A stretch of 63,369 bases of DNA, the filler included, from Octopus bimaculoides (taxonomy: Eukaryota), in the NCBI RefSeq assembly GCF_001194135.2. It is 8 parts of 7 records of this genome, joined end to end, with 100 filler letters (N's around TTAATTAATTAA, not from the genome) between each part and the next. Parts side by side here need not be neighbours in the genome. Positions count along the whole stretch, not along the records: positions 45,917 to 57,924 come from NC_068994.1; positions 58,025 to 61,044 come from NC_069004.1; positions 61,145 to 63,369 come from NC_068982.1; 5 more parts are not named here. One strand, 5' to 3'. The position numbers and the translations under genes are program-made. Below are positions 50,718 to 63,369 of the stretch, in pieces. The notes beneath the pieces were generated by a model that saw only the letters and a list, made by a program, of their open reading frames with translations, did not search any database and was not told the DNA's origin. The number at the start of each line of letters is the position of its first letter. The stretch's first letter is position 1.

Positions 50718-51372
50718 NNNNNNNNNNNNNNNNNNNNNNNNNNNNNNNNNNNNNNNNNNNNNNNNNNNNNNNNNNNNNNNNNNNNNNNNNNNNNNNNNNN
50801 NNNNNNNNNNNNNNNNNNNNNNNNNNNNNNNNNNNNNNNNNNNNNNNNNNNNNNNNNNNNNNNNNNNNNNNNNNNNNNNNNNNNNNNNNNNNNNNNNNNN
50901 NNNNNNNNNNNNNNNNNNNNNNNNNNNNNNNNNNNNNNNNNNNNNNNNNNNNNNNNNNNNNNNNNNNNNNNNNNNNNNNNNNNNNNNNNNNNNNNNNNNN
51001 NNNNNNNNNNNNNNNNNNNNNNNNNNNNNNNNNNNNNNNNNNNNNNNNNNNNNNNNNNNNNNNNNNNNNNNNNNNNNNNNNNNNNNNNNNNNNNNNNNNN
51101 NNNNNNNNNNNNNNNNNNNNNNNNNNNNNNNNNNNNNNNNNNNNNNNNNNNNNNNNNNNNNNNNNNNNNNNNNNNNNNNNNNNNNNNNNNNNNNNNNNNN
51201 NNNNNNNNNNNNNNNNNNNNNNNNNNNNNNNNNNNNNNNNNNNNNNNNNNNNNNNNNNNNNNNNNNNNNNNNNNNNNNNNNNNNNNNNNNNNNNNNNNNN
51301 NNNNNNNNNNNNNNNNNNNNNNNNNNNNNNNNNNNNNNNNNNNNNNNNNNNNNNNNNNNNNNNNNNNNNNTG

Positions 51373-51408
<36 letters not shown>

Positions 51409-51463
51409 TTGCTACTACTACTACTACTTCTATTACTACTACTACTACTACTACTTCTATTAT

Positions 51464-51520
<57 letters not shown>

Positions 51521-51817
51521 TACTACTACTACTTCTACTACTACTACTAGACTTACTGTTGTTACTTTTACTACTTCTACCGTCACCACCGCCACCACCA
51601 CCACCACCACTGCCGCCGCCGCCGCCGCCACCACCACAACCACCACAAGTACAATCACCGCCTCGACCATCTCACCATCACCACATCCGTCTCCGCCTTA
51701 CTGTTGTTACAACTCTTACTGCCGTGCCTCGCTTTCGACAACCTTTACACTCTTTTCCACATAAATTTTCTCTCTCTCTTTATCTCTGTCTTTCTGTACC
51801 TTCAACACACACACACT

Positions 51818-51849
<32 letters not shown>

Positions 51850-54624
51850 CACACAAAACCCACACATATTCACACATTTCTCATTGTTTCCCTTCCATTT
51901 TCTGCTCATCATTCTGCCCCTCTTTCTCTCTTCCACCTGTTTTTCTCCTCCCTCCCCTCCTTCTCTCACCTTCCACTACTGTCGTCTGCATATATCATTC
52001 TGTTTCTCTTCGAACTGTGGTTCTTTTAACTTATAATCGCCCTCGCTTCTTCTCTGCATACATACATACATACATACATTCATACATACATACATACATA
52101 CATACGTACATACATACATGCATACATACAGAGAAACAGACAGTCACACAGACAGACATTCATACACACGCACAGACATACGTACACACGTACATTCATT
52201 CATACATATATGCATACATAGATTCATGCATGCATGCATCCATCCATCCATCCATCCATCCATCCATCCATACATCCATACACACATACATACATATATA
52301 CATATATGTATAACATACATACAGATGTAAGTACATACTTGCATACATATATATTTGTGATCATTCAACAGATGAAACTGCGGTGAACAGTAAAAGTGAA
52401 CTTTTTTAGTTTCATTTGCGTGCNNNNNNNNNNNNNNNNNNNNNNNNNNNNNNNNNNNNNNNNNNNNNNNNNNNNNNNNNNNNNNNNNNNNNNNNNNNNN
52501 NNNNNNNNNNNNNNNNNNNNNNNNNNNNNNNNNNNNNNNNNNNNNNNNNNNNNNNNNNNNNNNNNNNNNNNNNNNNNNNNNNNNNNNNNNNNNNNNNNNN
52601 NNNNNNNNNNNNNNNNNNNNNNNNNNNNNNNNNNNNNNNNNNNNNNNNNNNNNNNNNNNNNNNNNNNNNNNNNNNNNNNNNNNNNNNNNNNNNNNNNNNN
52701 NNNNNNNNNNNNNNNNNNNNNNNNNNNNNNNNNNNNNNNNNNNNNNNNNNNNNNNNNNNNNNNNNNNNNNNNNNNNNNNNNNNNNNNNNNNNNNNNNNNN
52801 NNNNNNNNNNNNNNNNNNNNNNNNNNNNNNNNNNNNNNNNNNNNNNNNNNNNNNNNNNNNNNNNNNNNNNTATATATATATACATATACATATATACATA
52901 TATGTATATATATACTTATTTATTATATACATATACATATATATACATATATATATATATGTATATATATATTATATACATATACATATATATACATATA
53001 TATATATATGTATATATATACTTATTTATTATATATATGTATACATACACACATATATATATGTATATATGTATATATATATGTGTATATATGTAGATAT
53101 GTGTGTGCTTGTATATGTACGTCGATATCGATATATGTGTATGTGTGTGTGTATATATGTGTGTGTTAGTAAGTGTAAATATATCTATGATACATATATG
53201 CATGTATGTATGTATTCTCCTTTTGTCGTTTCTAAATCCTTCAACATTCCTTCCTTTCTTCTTTCCTTCCTTTCTTCTTTCCTTCCTTCCTTTCTTCTTT
53301 CCTTCCTTTCTTCTTTCCTTCCTTTCTTCCTTTCATTCGGCTTTCGTCAATCTTTCTAAAGTTTTTTCATTCTTTCCTCAAGTTCTCTCAGTCACTCATT
53401 CAGTCACTCATTCATTCATTCACTTTTTCGTTCCGTATTTCTTTTTCTAGCTCGTTCTCTACTTGCTTTGGATTTTTATTTGTTCATTTATTCTTCTTTC
53501 TTTCACTCTTTCTTTCTTTCGTTCTTTCTTTCTTCATTCCATTCTTACACTTTCCCTCCTTCTTTTCTTCCTTCTTTCTTATTTCTTTCTTCCTTCTTTC
53601 TTTTTTCTTTCTTTCTTCCTTCTTTCTTTCTTCTTTCTTCCTTCTTTCTTTTTTCTTTCTTCCTCTTTCCCTGTCTTCTTTCTTTTCTTTTCTTCCTTCC
53701 TTCCCTGCTTCATTCCTTCATTCATCGATTCTTTCTTTCTTTCCTTTTTCCATCCTCCCTCCCTCCCNNNNNNNNNNNNNNNNNNNNNNNNNNNNNNNNN
53801 NNNNNNNNNNNNNNNNNNNNNNNNNNNNNNNNNNNNNNNNNNNNNNNNNNNNNNNNNNNNNNNNNNNNNNNNNNNNNNNNNNNNNNNNNNNNNNNNNNNN
53901 NNNNNNNNNNNNNNNNNNNNNNNNNNNNNNNNNNNNNNNNNNNNNNNNNNNNNNNNNNNNNNNNNNNNNNNNNNNNNNNNNNNNNNNNNNNNNNNNNNNN
54001 NNNNNNNNNNNNNNNNNNNNNNNNNNNNNNNNNNNNNNNNNNNNNNNNNNNNNNNNNNNNNNNNNNNNNNNNNNNNNNNNNNNNNNNNNNNNNNNNNNNN
54101 NNNNNNNNNNNNNNNNNNNNNNNNNNNNNNNNNNNNNNNNNNNNNNNNNNNNNNNNNNNNNNNNNNNNNNNNNNNNNNNNNNNNNNNNNNNNNNNNNNNN
54201 NNNNNNNNNNNNNNNNNNNNNNNNNNNNNNNNNNNNNNNNNNNNNNNNNNNNNNNNNNNNNNNNNNNNNNNNNNNNNNNNNNNNNNNNNNNNNNNNNNNN
54301 NNNNNNNNNNNNNNNNNNNNNNNNNNNNNNNNNNNNNNNNNNNNNNNNNNNNNNNNNNNNNNNNNNNNNNNNNNNNNNNNNNNNNNNNNNNNNNNNNNNN
54401 NNNNNNNNNNNNNNNNNNNNNNNNNNNNNNNNNNNNNNNNNNNNNNNNNNNNNNNNNNNNNNNNNNNNNNNNNNNNNNNNNNNNNNNNNNNNNNNNNNNN
54501 NNNNNNNNNNNNNNNNNNNNNNNNNNNNNNNNNNNNNNNNNNNNNNNNNNNNNNNNNNNNNNNNNNNNNNNNNNNNNNNNNNNNNNNNNNNNNNNNNNNN
54601 NNTCTCTCTCTTTCTCTCTCTCTT

Positions 54625-54684
<60 letters not shown>

Positions 54685-55158
54685 TTTCTCTCTCTCTTTC
54701 TCTCTCTCTCTTTCTCTCTCTCTTAATTTACGAAAAATCTGTCCCAAGTATCTTCAAGAGCGTCCAAGTACAAGACCGGAACCTTAGGTACGAAAACAAA
54801 TAAGTAAATAAATAAATAAACGAATGAATATAAAAATTTAGACAAAGAAGAAAAAAAAAAAGAAAAAAGAAAAAGCAGCCAAAATAACCCTTGCCTCATT
54901 TGTTTCACTTTTCAAATTTTGTGTATACACACACACACACAAACACACATACACACGTATACACACACATACATATAAATATACAAACTACATACTATAC
55001 TGTATGTATACACACATGCACGCACACATGCACATGTATCTACATGCACACAAACACAAACACATGTATGTGTATGTATATATAGACGCATACAGACTCA
55101 CACGCTTAACCCACTATATATATCATATATAAGTATGCATATATATATATTCATATAT

Positions 55159-55192
<34 letters not shown>

Positions 55193-55912
55193 GTGCATGC
55201 ATATATATATANNNNNNNNNNNNNNNNNNNNNNNNNNNNNNNNNNNNNNNNNNNNNNNNNNNNNNNNNNNNNNNNNNNNNNNNNNNNNNNNNNNNNNNNN
55301 NNNNNNNNNNNNNNNNNNNNNNNNNNNNNNNNNNNNNNNNNNNNNNNNNNNNNNNNNNNNNNNNNNNNNNNNNNNNNNNNNNNNNNNNNNNNNNNNNNNN
55401 NNNNNNNNNNNNNNNNNNNNNNNNNNNNNNNNNNNNNNNNNNNNNNNNNNNNNNNNNNNNNNNNNNNNNNNNNNNNNNNNNNNNNNNNNNNNNNNNNNNN
55501 NNNNNNNNNNNNNNNNNNNNNNNNNNNNNNNNNNNNNNNNNNNNNNNNNNNNNNNNNNNNNNNNNNNNNNNNNNNNNNNNNNNNNNNNNNNNNNNNNNNN
55601 NNNNNNNNNNNNNNNNNNNNNNNNNNNNNNNNNNNNNNNNNNNNNNNNNNNNNNNNNNNNNNNNNNNNNNNNNNNNNNNNNNNNNNNNNNNNNNNTATAT
55701 GCATATGTATATATGCATATATATGCATATATATATGTATATATATGCATATATATACATATATATATGTATATATATATATACGTGTATAAATATGTAT
55801 ATATATATATATACATATATACATAGGCATATATATATACATATACATATGTATATATGTATATACATATATAAATATGTATATATAAATGTGTATATAT
55901 ATGTATATATAC

Positions 55913-55944
<32 letters not shown>

Positions 55945-55981
55945 GCATATATGTTCACACGCACACACACACACACACATA

Positions 55982-56024
<43 letters not shown>

Positions 56025-56143
56025 TATGTGTGTGTGCGTGCCCATTCTTTCGTACGTTGTTTCGCAATCAAAATACATCAGTTATCGAGTGAACATCTCG
56101 TTTCTGTTTGAGTGAAAAAGAAAGATCTTTACTAAAAAATATC

Positions 56144-56182
<39 letters not shown>

Positions 56183-57292
56183 AAGAAAAATAAGATGCAA
56201 ACATTTTTTAAAACCCTTTTGCTAGCATCCTTACGCACCCTGCATCATCATCCAAAACAAAATCACCACCACCACCACCAGTACAACGTCAACTATGACA
56301 AGAACATCAACATCATCATTTAAGAAATACATCTGACAATAATAATAATAATAATGATAATAATAATAATAATAATAATAATAGTAATAATAATAATAAT
56401 AATAATGATAATAATAAATAATAATAATAGGAATGCAAACAAACTAATAACGGCAGCACCAACAGCAAAGAAAACAGCAACAACAACCAATGGCTTTATG
56501 CAACCACAACCACCACTGCCACCACGACCATCACCACAACAACTGCAACAGCAGCAGCAGCAGCAGCAGCAGAAACAGCAGCAGCAGTAGGTGAAGCATC
56601 AGAACCAGACACTAAGATAGAAAAGATTGTGCTATACAACATGTGGACCCCTTACCGTGCCAGTGACGTCACTGATATATAACCCTTTAAGTCTTAAAAA
56701 TAATAATGGATATCATGAATCTACTGTGGAAACAAACGAGCTGGTATTTAGTGTATATAATATTTTGACAAAGCATTTTGGAAAGAAACCTCGACGGAGA
56801 CGACGACGACGAAGGAAATCGGTAGAAGAAGCAACGTAACCGCCACCACCTCCAGGGAAAGAATACATATATATACATATATAAATATATATATATCTCC
56901 CTTACAACAAACAACAAGTTAATGGGTATAAACCCTATGAAAATGACACAAACCACAAAGGGAAAACGCACCGATAGAATGAAATAAAGAACGATTTCCA
57001 TGATCTAAAGGAATCCGAAACACACAAATATACAAGTGGACTAGTTGTTATTTTTTTTTCTACTCCCTCTCTCTCTCGCTCGCGCTCTCTCTCTCTCTCT
57101 CTCCCTGTGTTTGTGTATGTTTGTGAACCTTAAAGGGAACAAGACGAACGAACGAACGGACGAACGTACGAACGAACGAACGAACGAATGCGTGTATGAA
57201 TACATAAATATATATGAATATATGAATATATATATGAATATATATGTATATATAAATACATGAATGACTGAAGGATTATCTTTGCGGACGAA

Positions 57293-57419
57293 ATGACAAG
57301 AAACATGCAGTTGTCCTTTGGAGTACCGATCTGTTTTTTCTTATTCCTCTGTCTATGTGCTACGCTAAGTAATGGACTGCTTCATACAGGCAAAGGATCA
57401 CAGAAACACATATCTATAG
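57293..57419 (+). CDS. Probable first coding exon of a secreted or membrane protein: MTRNMQLSFGVPICFFLFLCLCATLSNGLLHTGKGSQKHISI(G)
   Basis: Two in-frame ATGs (57293, 57305), a hydrophobic h-region and a small-residue cleavage region, followed by a consensus donor ag|gtaagt (phase 1). No downstream exon identified. Confidence 0.45.
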
Positions 57420-57548
57420 GTAAGTCTTGTTGAGATAACAAAACATTATGTATACGGTTATTGCTACACAAATTCTTGTACGGTTATCTATGTGACTGTA
57501 TGGCTGAAACAGTGACCACGTACGTACGTACGTACGTTTGTATGTATG

Positions 57549-57579
<31 letters not shown>

Positions 57580-58024
57580 GTATGTATACACGTATGTTTG
57601 TATGTATATATGTATACACGTATGTATGTATGTTTGTATGTATGTATGTATCTGTGCATATATGTATGTGTACATGTGTGCATCTATGTATGCATGAATG
57701 TGTATGTTGTATGTGTCTGTATGTGTACATTTGTATGTGTACATGTGTGTGCATATATGTATATATGTATGCATATATGTATGGTGTGTATGTATATTTG
57801 TATTATGCATGTATGTATGTTTATATATATATATATACATACGTGCATATAAATACGTATGTATACAAACATATACATATATATACACCCACACATGCAC
57901 ACACACACACACATATAGAGAAATNNNNNNNNNNNNNNNNNNNNNNNNNNNNNNNNNNNNNNNNNNNNTTAATTAATTAANNNNNNNNNNNNNNNNNNNN
58001 NNNNNNNNNNNNNNNNNNNNNNNN

Positions 58025-58055
<31 letters not shown>

Positions 58056-58224
58056 GAAAAATTAGGGTCGCCAAAAGTTGGTTAGATGGCGAGGTATTTT
58101 ATCATAAACTTCAAACCTCTTTTATTATGAGTTCTTATGAAGCAAAATTTCCTAACGTATTGTTTTCAAGGAATTTGTGTATTTTTCAAACATTTCAGCA
58201 AGAATTTTAGCAAGTCGTATTTTG

Positions 58225-58590
58225 GATGTGTGGCTTCACAACCACATAGTTCTGGGTTCAGTCCCACTGCGTGGCAGTTTTAGCAAGTGTTTTCTATTAT
58301 AGCCGCCGGCCAACGAAAGCCTTGTGATTGGATTTGGCAGATGGAAACTGAAAGAAGCTTGTCGTGTATGTGTGTGTGTATGTGTGTGTGTGCTTGTGTA
58401 AATATCTCTGTGTGCGAGTCTTTGTGTCCGTATTTGTACCCTCACCACCGCTTGAAAACCGGTGTTAATGTGTTTGCGTCCCCGTTATCTAGCGGTTCGG
58501 TAAAAGATAACCGATGGAATTAGTACTAGCGTCGATTTTGTCGACTAAAACCCTTTGAGACGGTGTCCCAACATGGCCGCAATCGAGTAA
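58225..58590 (+). mobile_element. Bipartite SINE, second full copy (more diverged)
   Basis: Colinear with 6557-6912. Confidence 0.8.
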
Positions 58591-58922
58591 AAGACAAAAG
58601 ATCAAGAGAAAGGAAAAAATAATAAAAACGAGAGAAAAACAGGAGTACACACACGTGCACACACACACACACACGTGCAGAGAAAAATAAACACACACAC
58701 ATATATATACACGTATGTATATACATGCATATGCATGTATCTGTGTCTATATGACTACGATTGTGTGGGTGGGCTGGGTGCATATAATATTCTGGTTTCA
58801 TGCTAAAACTTTGTAATACTCTGTTCAACAGTTACTAAAGAGATATATAAACGTTTAAATTAATGCTTTATACTAAAGGAGATTTAAAATTTAAGAACAA
58901 GGAACATATAATCATACATGCG

Positions 58923-58960
<38 letters not shown>

Positions 58961-60234
58961 ATTCAGTTGAATTGAGCAATTAAGTTGAGGCACTTCGTTA
59001 GGTCGGAATAATGGACTCATTAATCAATTAAAGGAGTCGTTAGAGACGACTGATCAGGAACGCAAACTTGGAGAAATTTTTTAGTCGAATGAATTGACCC
59101 CAATACATTTTTGGTGGGAAGGACAAACACAGACAAATAGATGCGNNNNNNNNNNNNNNNNNNNNNNNNNNNNNNNNNNNNNNNNNNNNNNNNNNNNNNN
59201 NNNNNNNNNNNNNNNNNNNNNNNNNNNNNNNNNNNNNNNNNNNNNNNNNNNNNNNNNNNNNNNNNNNNNNNNNNNNNNNNNNNNNNNNNNNNNNNNNNNN
59301 NNNNNNNNNNNNNNNNNNNNNNNNNNNNNNNNNNNNNNNNNNNNNNNNNNNNNNNNNNNNNNNNNNNNNNNNNNNNNNNNNNNNNNNNNNNNNNNNNNNN
59401 NNNNNNNNNNNNNNNNNNNNNNNNNACACATATATATACACGTATGTATATACATGCATACATATATATATGCTGAGACCCCCTTCGGTCATGACTGACC
59501 ATGGGATTGCACCTAGAAAGTTACCCTCCCAAGCACAAGTCCAGGCAAGGTTGTTTTATGAGAGACCAGCAGTCGCCCATGCATACCGGCCTGCCCTCTC
59601 CACGCCACCAGTGTTATCCAAGGGAAAGCGAAGACTGCCTTTCGTCTTGAAACCAAAGATGGACGTTTTTCTTCTAGCGCTGACTTCAGCCACTCAAGCT
59701 GCTCGCAGTAGATTTCCTTCGTTATGGGTTGGGTTCATATCCCACCAAACGGATAACAACACCCTACATGGGTAAAGACCTTCTGTAGCCTGGGGGCATC
59801 TCCTAGTAAACATCCTTATGTTACTGAAATTATCTGTTAATAACGAAAGGCTTTTCATTCTTTAAATACTTGGCAAATCACAAGATGGTTAGTATGTGTG
59901 TGTGCGTGCGCTCGTGTGTGAGCGTGTGGCTGTGTGCGTGTACTCACGTGCGTGTGCCTGTGCTTTTACGTCAGTGTTACCTCCTCACCACAACCGCTTG
60001 ACAACCGGTGCTGCTGTGTTTACGTCCCTGTAACTTAGCGGTTCAGTAAAAGAAACCGATACAATAAGTACTAGGCTTTAAAAGAAGAGTACTGGGGTCG
60101 ATTTGTTTGACTAAAATTCTTCAATGCGGTGCTCCAGCATTGCCGCAGACGAATGGCTGAAATAACGTATTCCAATGTATTCGGTAAAACTATCAAGAAC
60201 TCTTCCTAGACGACAGTCTAAGTTATATTCTTAC

Positions 60235-60351
60235 CTTCACTTCTATTTCGATAGTATATTCCTTTTGTGTCTCGAAGTCTAAATTTCCAGAAACACTTAC
60301 TTCACCATTGGGGGAAACTAGGAACATACCGGAGTTGACACCATCGAGTAC
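60235..60351 (-). CDS. Cadherin-repeat exon (117 nt, phase 0-0): VLDGVNSGMFLVSPNGEVSVSGNLDFETQKEYTIEIEVK
   Basis: Acceptor tgtctttcccgcag, donor aag|gtaaga. Matches the cadherin core F.I.p.tG.I.v...LDxE...Y.l.I.v (LDFE calcium motif). Confidence 0.85.
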
Positions 60352-60489
60352 CTGCGGGAAAGACATGTGACAATATATTCATACAGATATATGACTATAG
60401 ACATACATACATACATACATACATACATACATACATACATACATGCATACATACATAAAGCATGAGAATACATATATAAAACAAAACAT

Positions 60490-61044
60490 ACAAACCAAAA
60501 TACCCCTTTGTTGATGTTGAATTTCCAATGATGTAACTTTGGATCTTGGTTAGAAACCGGCTCTTTCTCTATTGGCAAGGAAACTTGAAATAAAACTGAA
60601 CAATGACATACATACATCTATCCATACATACATACATACATACATATATACCGACCGTACCTTATTAAACTGTACCAGCAAGCCCTCAGTGGAGATGGTA
60701 GCATACCAGACTGGTTGGCTCTGGCGGAAACAAAGCTTATTCCGAAAAGCAAAGAAACCCAATTGGCAAAAAATTACAGGCCTATTGCATGCCAAAATTT
60801 AATGTATAAGATTTATACAGCATGCCTAAGCAGATTCCTCCAGGACCACTGTGAAAACAATAGTATAATCACAGCTGAACAAGCAGCTGGGAAGAAAGGA
60901 GTCTGGGGATGTACTGAACAACTACTTATAAATAAGGTAGTAATGACGGAGGTACGGCAGCACAGAAGAAATCTGGTCTCCATGTGGCTTGACTATAAAA
61001 AAGCCTTCGACTCTGTCCCCCATTCGTGGATGCTAGAAGCCCTC
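60490..61044 (+). mobile_element. R4/Dong-like: 3' UTR of one copy followed by a 5'-truncated RT of another
   Basis: LIPK...AKNYRPIACQNLMYKI...EQAAGKKGVWGCTEQLLIN...WLDYKKAFDSVPHSW. The frame is open up to the gap. Confidence 0.85.
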
Positions 61045-61374
61045 NNNNNNNNNNNNNNNNNNNNNNNNNNNNNNNNNNNNNNNNNNNNTTAATTAATTAA
61101 NNNNNNNNNNNNNNNNNNNNNNNNNNNNNNNNNNNNNNNNNNNNATACGACGGGCTTATTTCAGTTTCCGTCTACCAAATCCATTCACAAGGCTTTGGTC
61201 GGCCCGAGGCTATAGTAGAAGACACTTGCCCAAGGTGCCACGCAGTGGGACTGAACCCAGAACCATGTGGTTGGTAAGCAAGCTACTTACCACCAGCCAC
61301 TCCTGCGCCATATAATGTAATATAGTATATATATATATGTGTGTGCGTGTGAGTGTGTGTGTGTGAGTGTGTGT

Positions 61375-61416
<42 letters not shown>

Positions 61417-61479
61417 TTCGTTGAGATCGAATTTTACGTCCCGATATATTTCTTCTCTCTAACCGTCATCTATTTCTAT

Positions 61480-62030
61480 GCTGCGTAATGTTTCCCCATT
61501 AAGAACATGTTTCGGTATTAAGAACATGTCGCAGATGGAACACCGTTTCATGAGAAACCTACACAAGCTTCACTAATTATCTGTGAGCAGTGTTTCTGGA
61601 ACTTCCAGCATCTCTGCAATGTCCCTAGTTTTTTTTTGTTTTGTATGGTTTGGTTTTCTGGTTTATTCCAATATTCTTCAGTGTTTATGTCGTCCAATTC
61701 TGACGGTCTTCCAGATCGACTTACGTCTTCGAAGCTGAAATAACCGCGTTTGAATTTTGAAAATCATCTTTGAACCGTTGATTCACCTACAACATCTTCA
61801 TCATTTCCCTTCACAAATGATTTTACACGTTTCTGCAGCGTTTTCACAGAGATACATTACATGCTGAAAATGAAGCTTTTCGTTATCCATTGTTTTTTTA
61901 CGTTGATAAAAGCTGACAAAAGTAAGAGAAACTGAATTTTGGTGTGAGACGTAACTAATAGGTTATTGCGATGCCCACATATCAGTCATAACAAGCTTAC
62001 AGCTGTTTTATGAAGCGTTAAAGCCACAAT
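61480..62030 (-). mobile_element. Decayed mariner fragment
   Basis: EDVVGESTVQR*FSKFKRGYFSFEDVSRSGRPSELDD. Confidence 0.65.
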
Positions 62031-62503
62031 AGTGAAATTTGCTTAGAAATTTCTGGTCGGCCCAATTATCTATCTATTTGTCTGTCTATCGTTCTTTTTT
62101 GAAACTATACATATATATAATGTTGGAAAAAATATATTTAGTTTTTTTTCTTGAAACTAACTGCGAGTCAAGCCAATTGTCAAGCCAACGAGATTTTCAG
62201 TTCTCGCCTGAAGATCGCTGTAGTGTGAAACTCGAGTCGTGAGGCAAAGTCTTAGCATCAGTTTCAATGAAAGAAAACCATATTCTCTACATATATTGAG
62301 CTCTTCTCTTTCATTTGGCTGACAAAATAACGTGTGTACATACATACATACATACATACATACATACATGATGGCCGTCCACTCATGACCGAGGAAGACC
62401 ATTGCCGACCTTCAGGAACATTGTGCGCTCTAAGACTAACTTATATTTTGCATTTGCGGCTCCGTTGGTGGCTAATGAGCCCTGCACTTGACAAGCATAC
62501 ATC

Positions 62504-62577
62504 ACTGCAAATATTGCGCACCAAGCTTTCCCCATTCACTATACGAATGGGAAAAGCTTGGCCTGCAATATTTACAG
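62504..62577. other. 74-nt pre-miRNA-like hairpin
   Basis: About 33-bp stem with three mismatches, one bulge and a 7-nt loop, paired by hand. Confidence 0.4.
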
Positions 62578-63153
62578 TCGTGTATACATACATACATACA
62601 TACATACATACATACATACATACATACATACATACAAGCAAGCAAACAAACAGCAAACGATTTATAATCGATTGAGTCAATTCAAAAGAATTTAGAGTTC
62701 ATGTCAAGTAGCAATTCTCTGTTGCTAGAAATGGAGTGAAAATGGCTCCACCGGAAATTGAAATACTCGTCATTCCCTCGATTTGATGGAACTCTAACCA
62801 TTACACTGTGGAATTAGGCTTTTGACTCCTCTCATTTGCAGTGTGCACTGTAGTAGTAGTAAAATCATATTATCTCTGTTATTTTCATATTTAGAAAAGC
62901 AACCAACTGGAAAATGTTAAGAAAGGTCAGCCCGGCCCCTGAAACAAAATATCAAACGTCATTCTGTGGTTTGTGTCAAATCATAAACCAAATCAAAGAT
63001 CGTGGGTTCGATACCTCGTCGGTTCTCATGAAATATTCACTGTCATTTCATTGTACATTTTTTTAACATGGGGCCAGTATGAAAAAAGTATTGTTGCAGC
63101 AAGGATTAGTTTCTCTATCTCTCCCTCTCTCTCTCCTTCCCCCTCTCTGTTTC

Positions 63154-63206
<53 letters not shown>

Positions 63207-63369
63207 GTTTGTCTGTCTGTCTGTCTGTCTCACACACACACACACACAAAATGTTATTTCAATGAAGACCAAAAGAAACAGCTGTATACAGTTTCATCTG
63301 ACCCTGACGAATTTTCTCTCTCTCTGTTTCTCCTGATTTGATCCAATATCCGCTATCTTTTTCTCTGAT

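Noticed and set aside
56906-57001. Minus-strand hydrophobic ATG exon MEIVLYFILSVRFPFVVCVIFIG... with a gtaagg donor
   Set aside because: T-rich sequence gives hydrophobic peptides by chance. No clear cleavage site or linking exon.
46191-58000. Many long ORFs rich in YI, CV, TH, RE, SL or poly-L/T/V
   Set aside because: These are translations of di-, tri- and tetranucleotide microsatellites, or read-through across N gaps.

Overview
AT-rich animal genomic DNA with dense microsatellites and many N gaps. The SINE and LINE families resemble those I recall from octopus, so a cephalopod origin is inferred. Most six-frame ORFs are microsatellite or gap artefacts. Reading splice sites directly recovers a minus-strand multi-exon gene that the ORF track misses. 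Eight phase-compatible GT-AG exons (35779 to 22413, 789 nt, no stops) encode three 24-aa LRRs, an LRR C-terminal cap, a 12-Cys Ly6/uPAR (three-finger) domain and a possible SEA-like segment, with 11 N-glycosylation sequons. I know no named family with this architecture. A minus-strand cadherin-repeat exon lies upstream (60235-60351), and a plus-strand signal-peptide-like first exon lies at 57293-57419. The best non-coding signal is an intact minimal type I hammerhead ribozyme (38911-38967) inside a ~349-nt tandem unit with an inverted 5' piece, resembling a Penelope-like or non-LTR retrozyme. Two degenerate hammerhead-like repeats, three long intronic foldback elements, a 29-bp hAT element with a perfect 8-bp TSD and a pre-miRNA-like hairpin are also present. 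The rest is decayed mariner, R4/Dong-like, L1/Tx1, CR1, RTE and Penelope fragments plus several SINE families.
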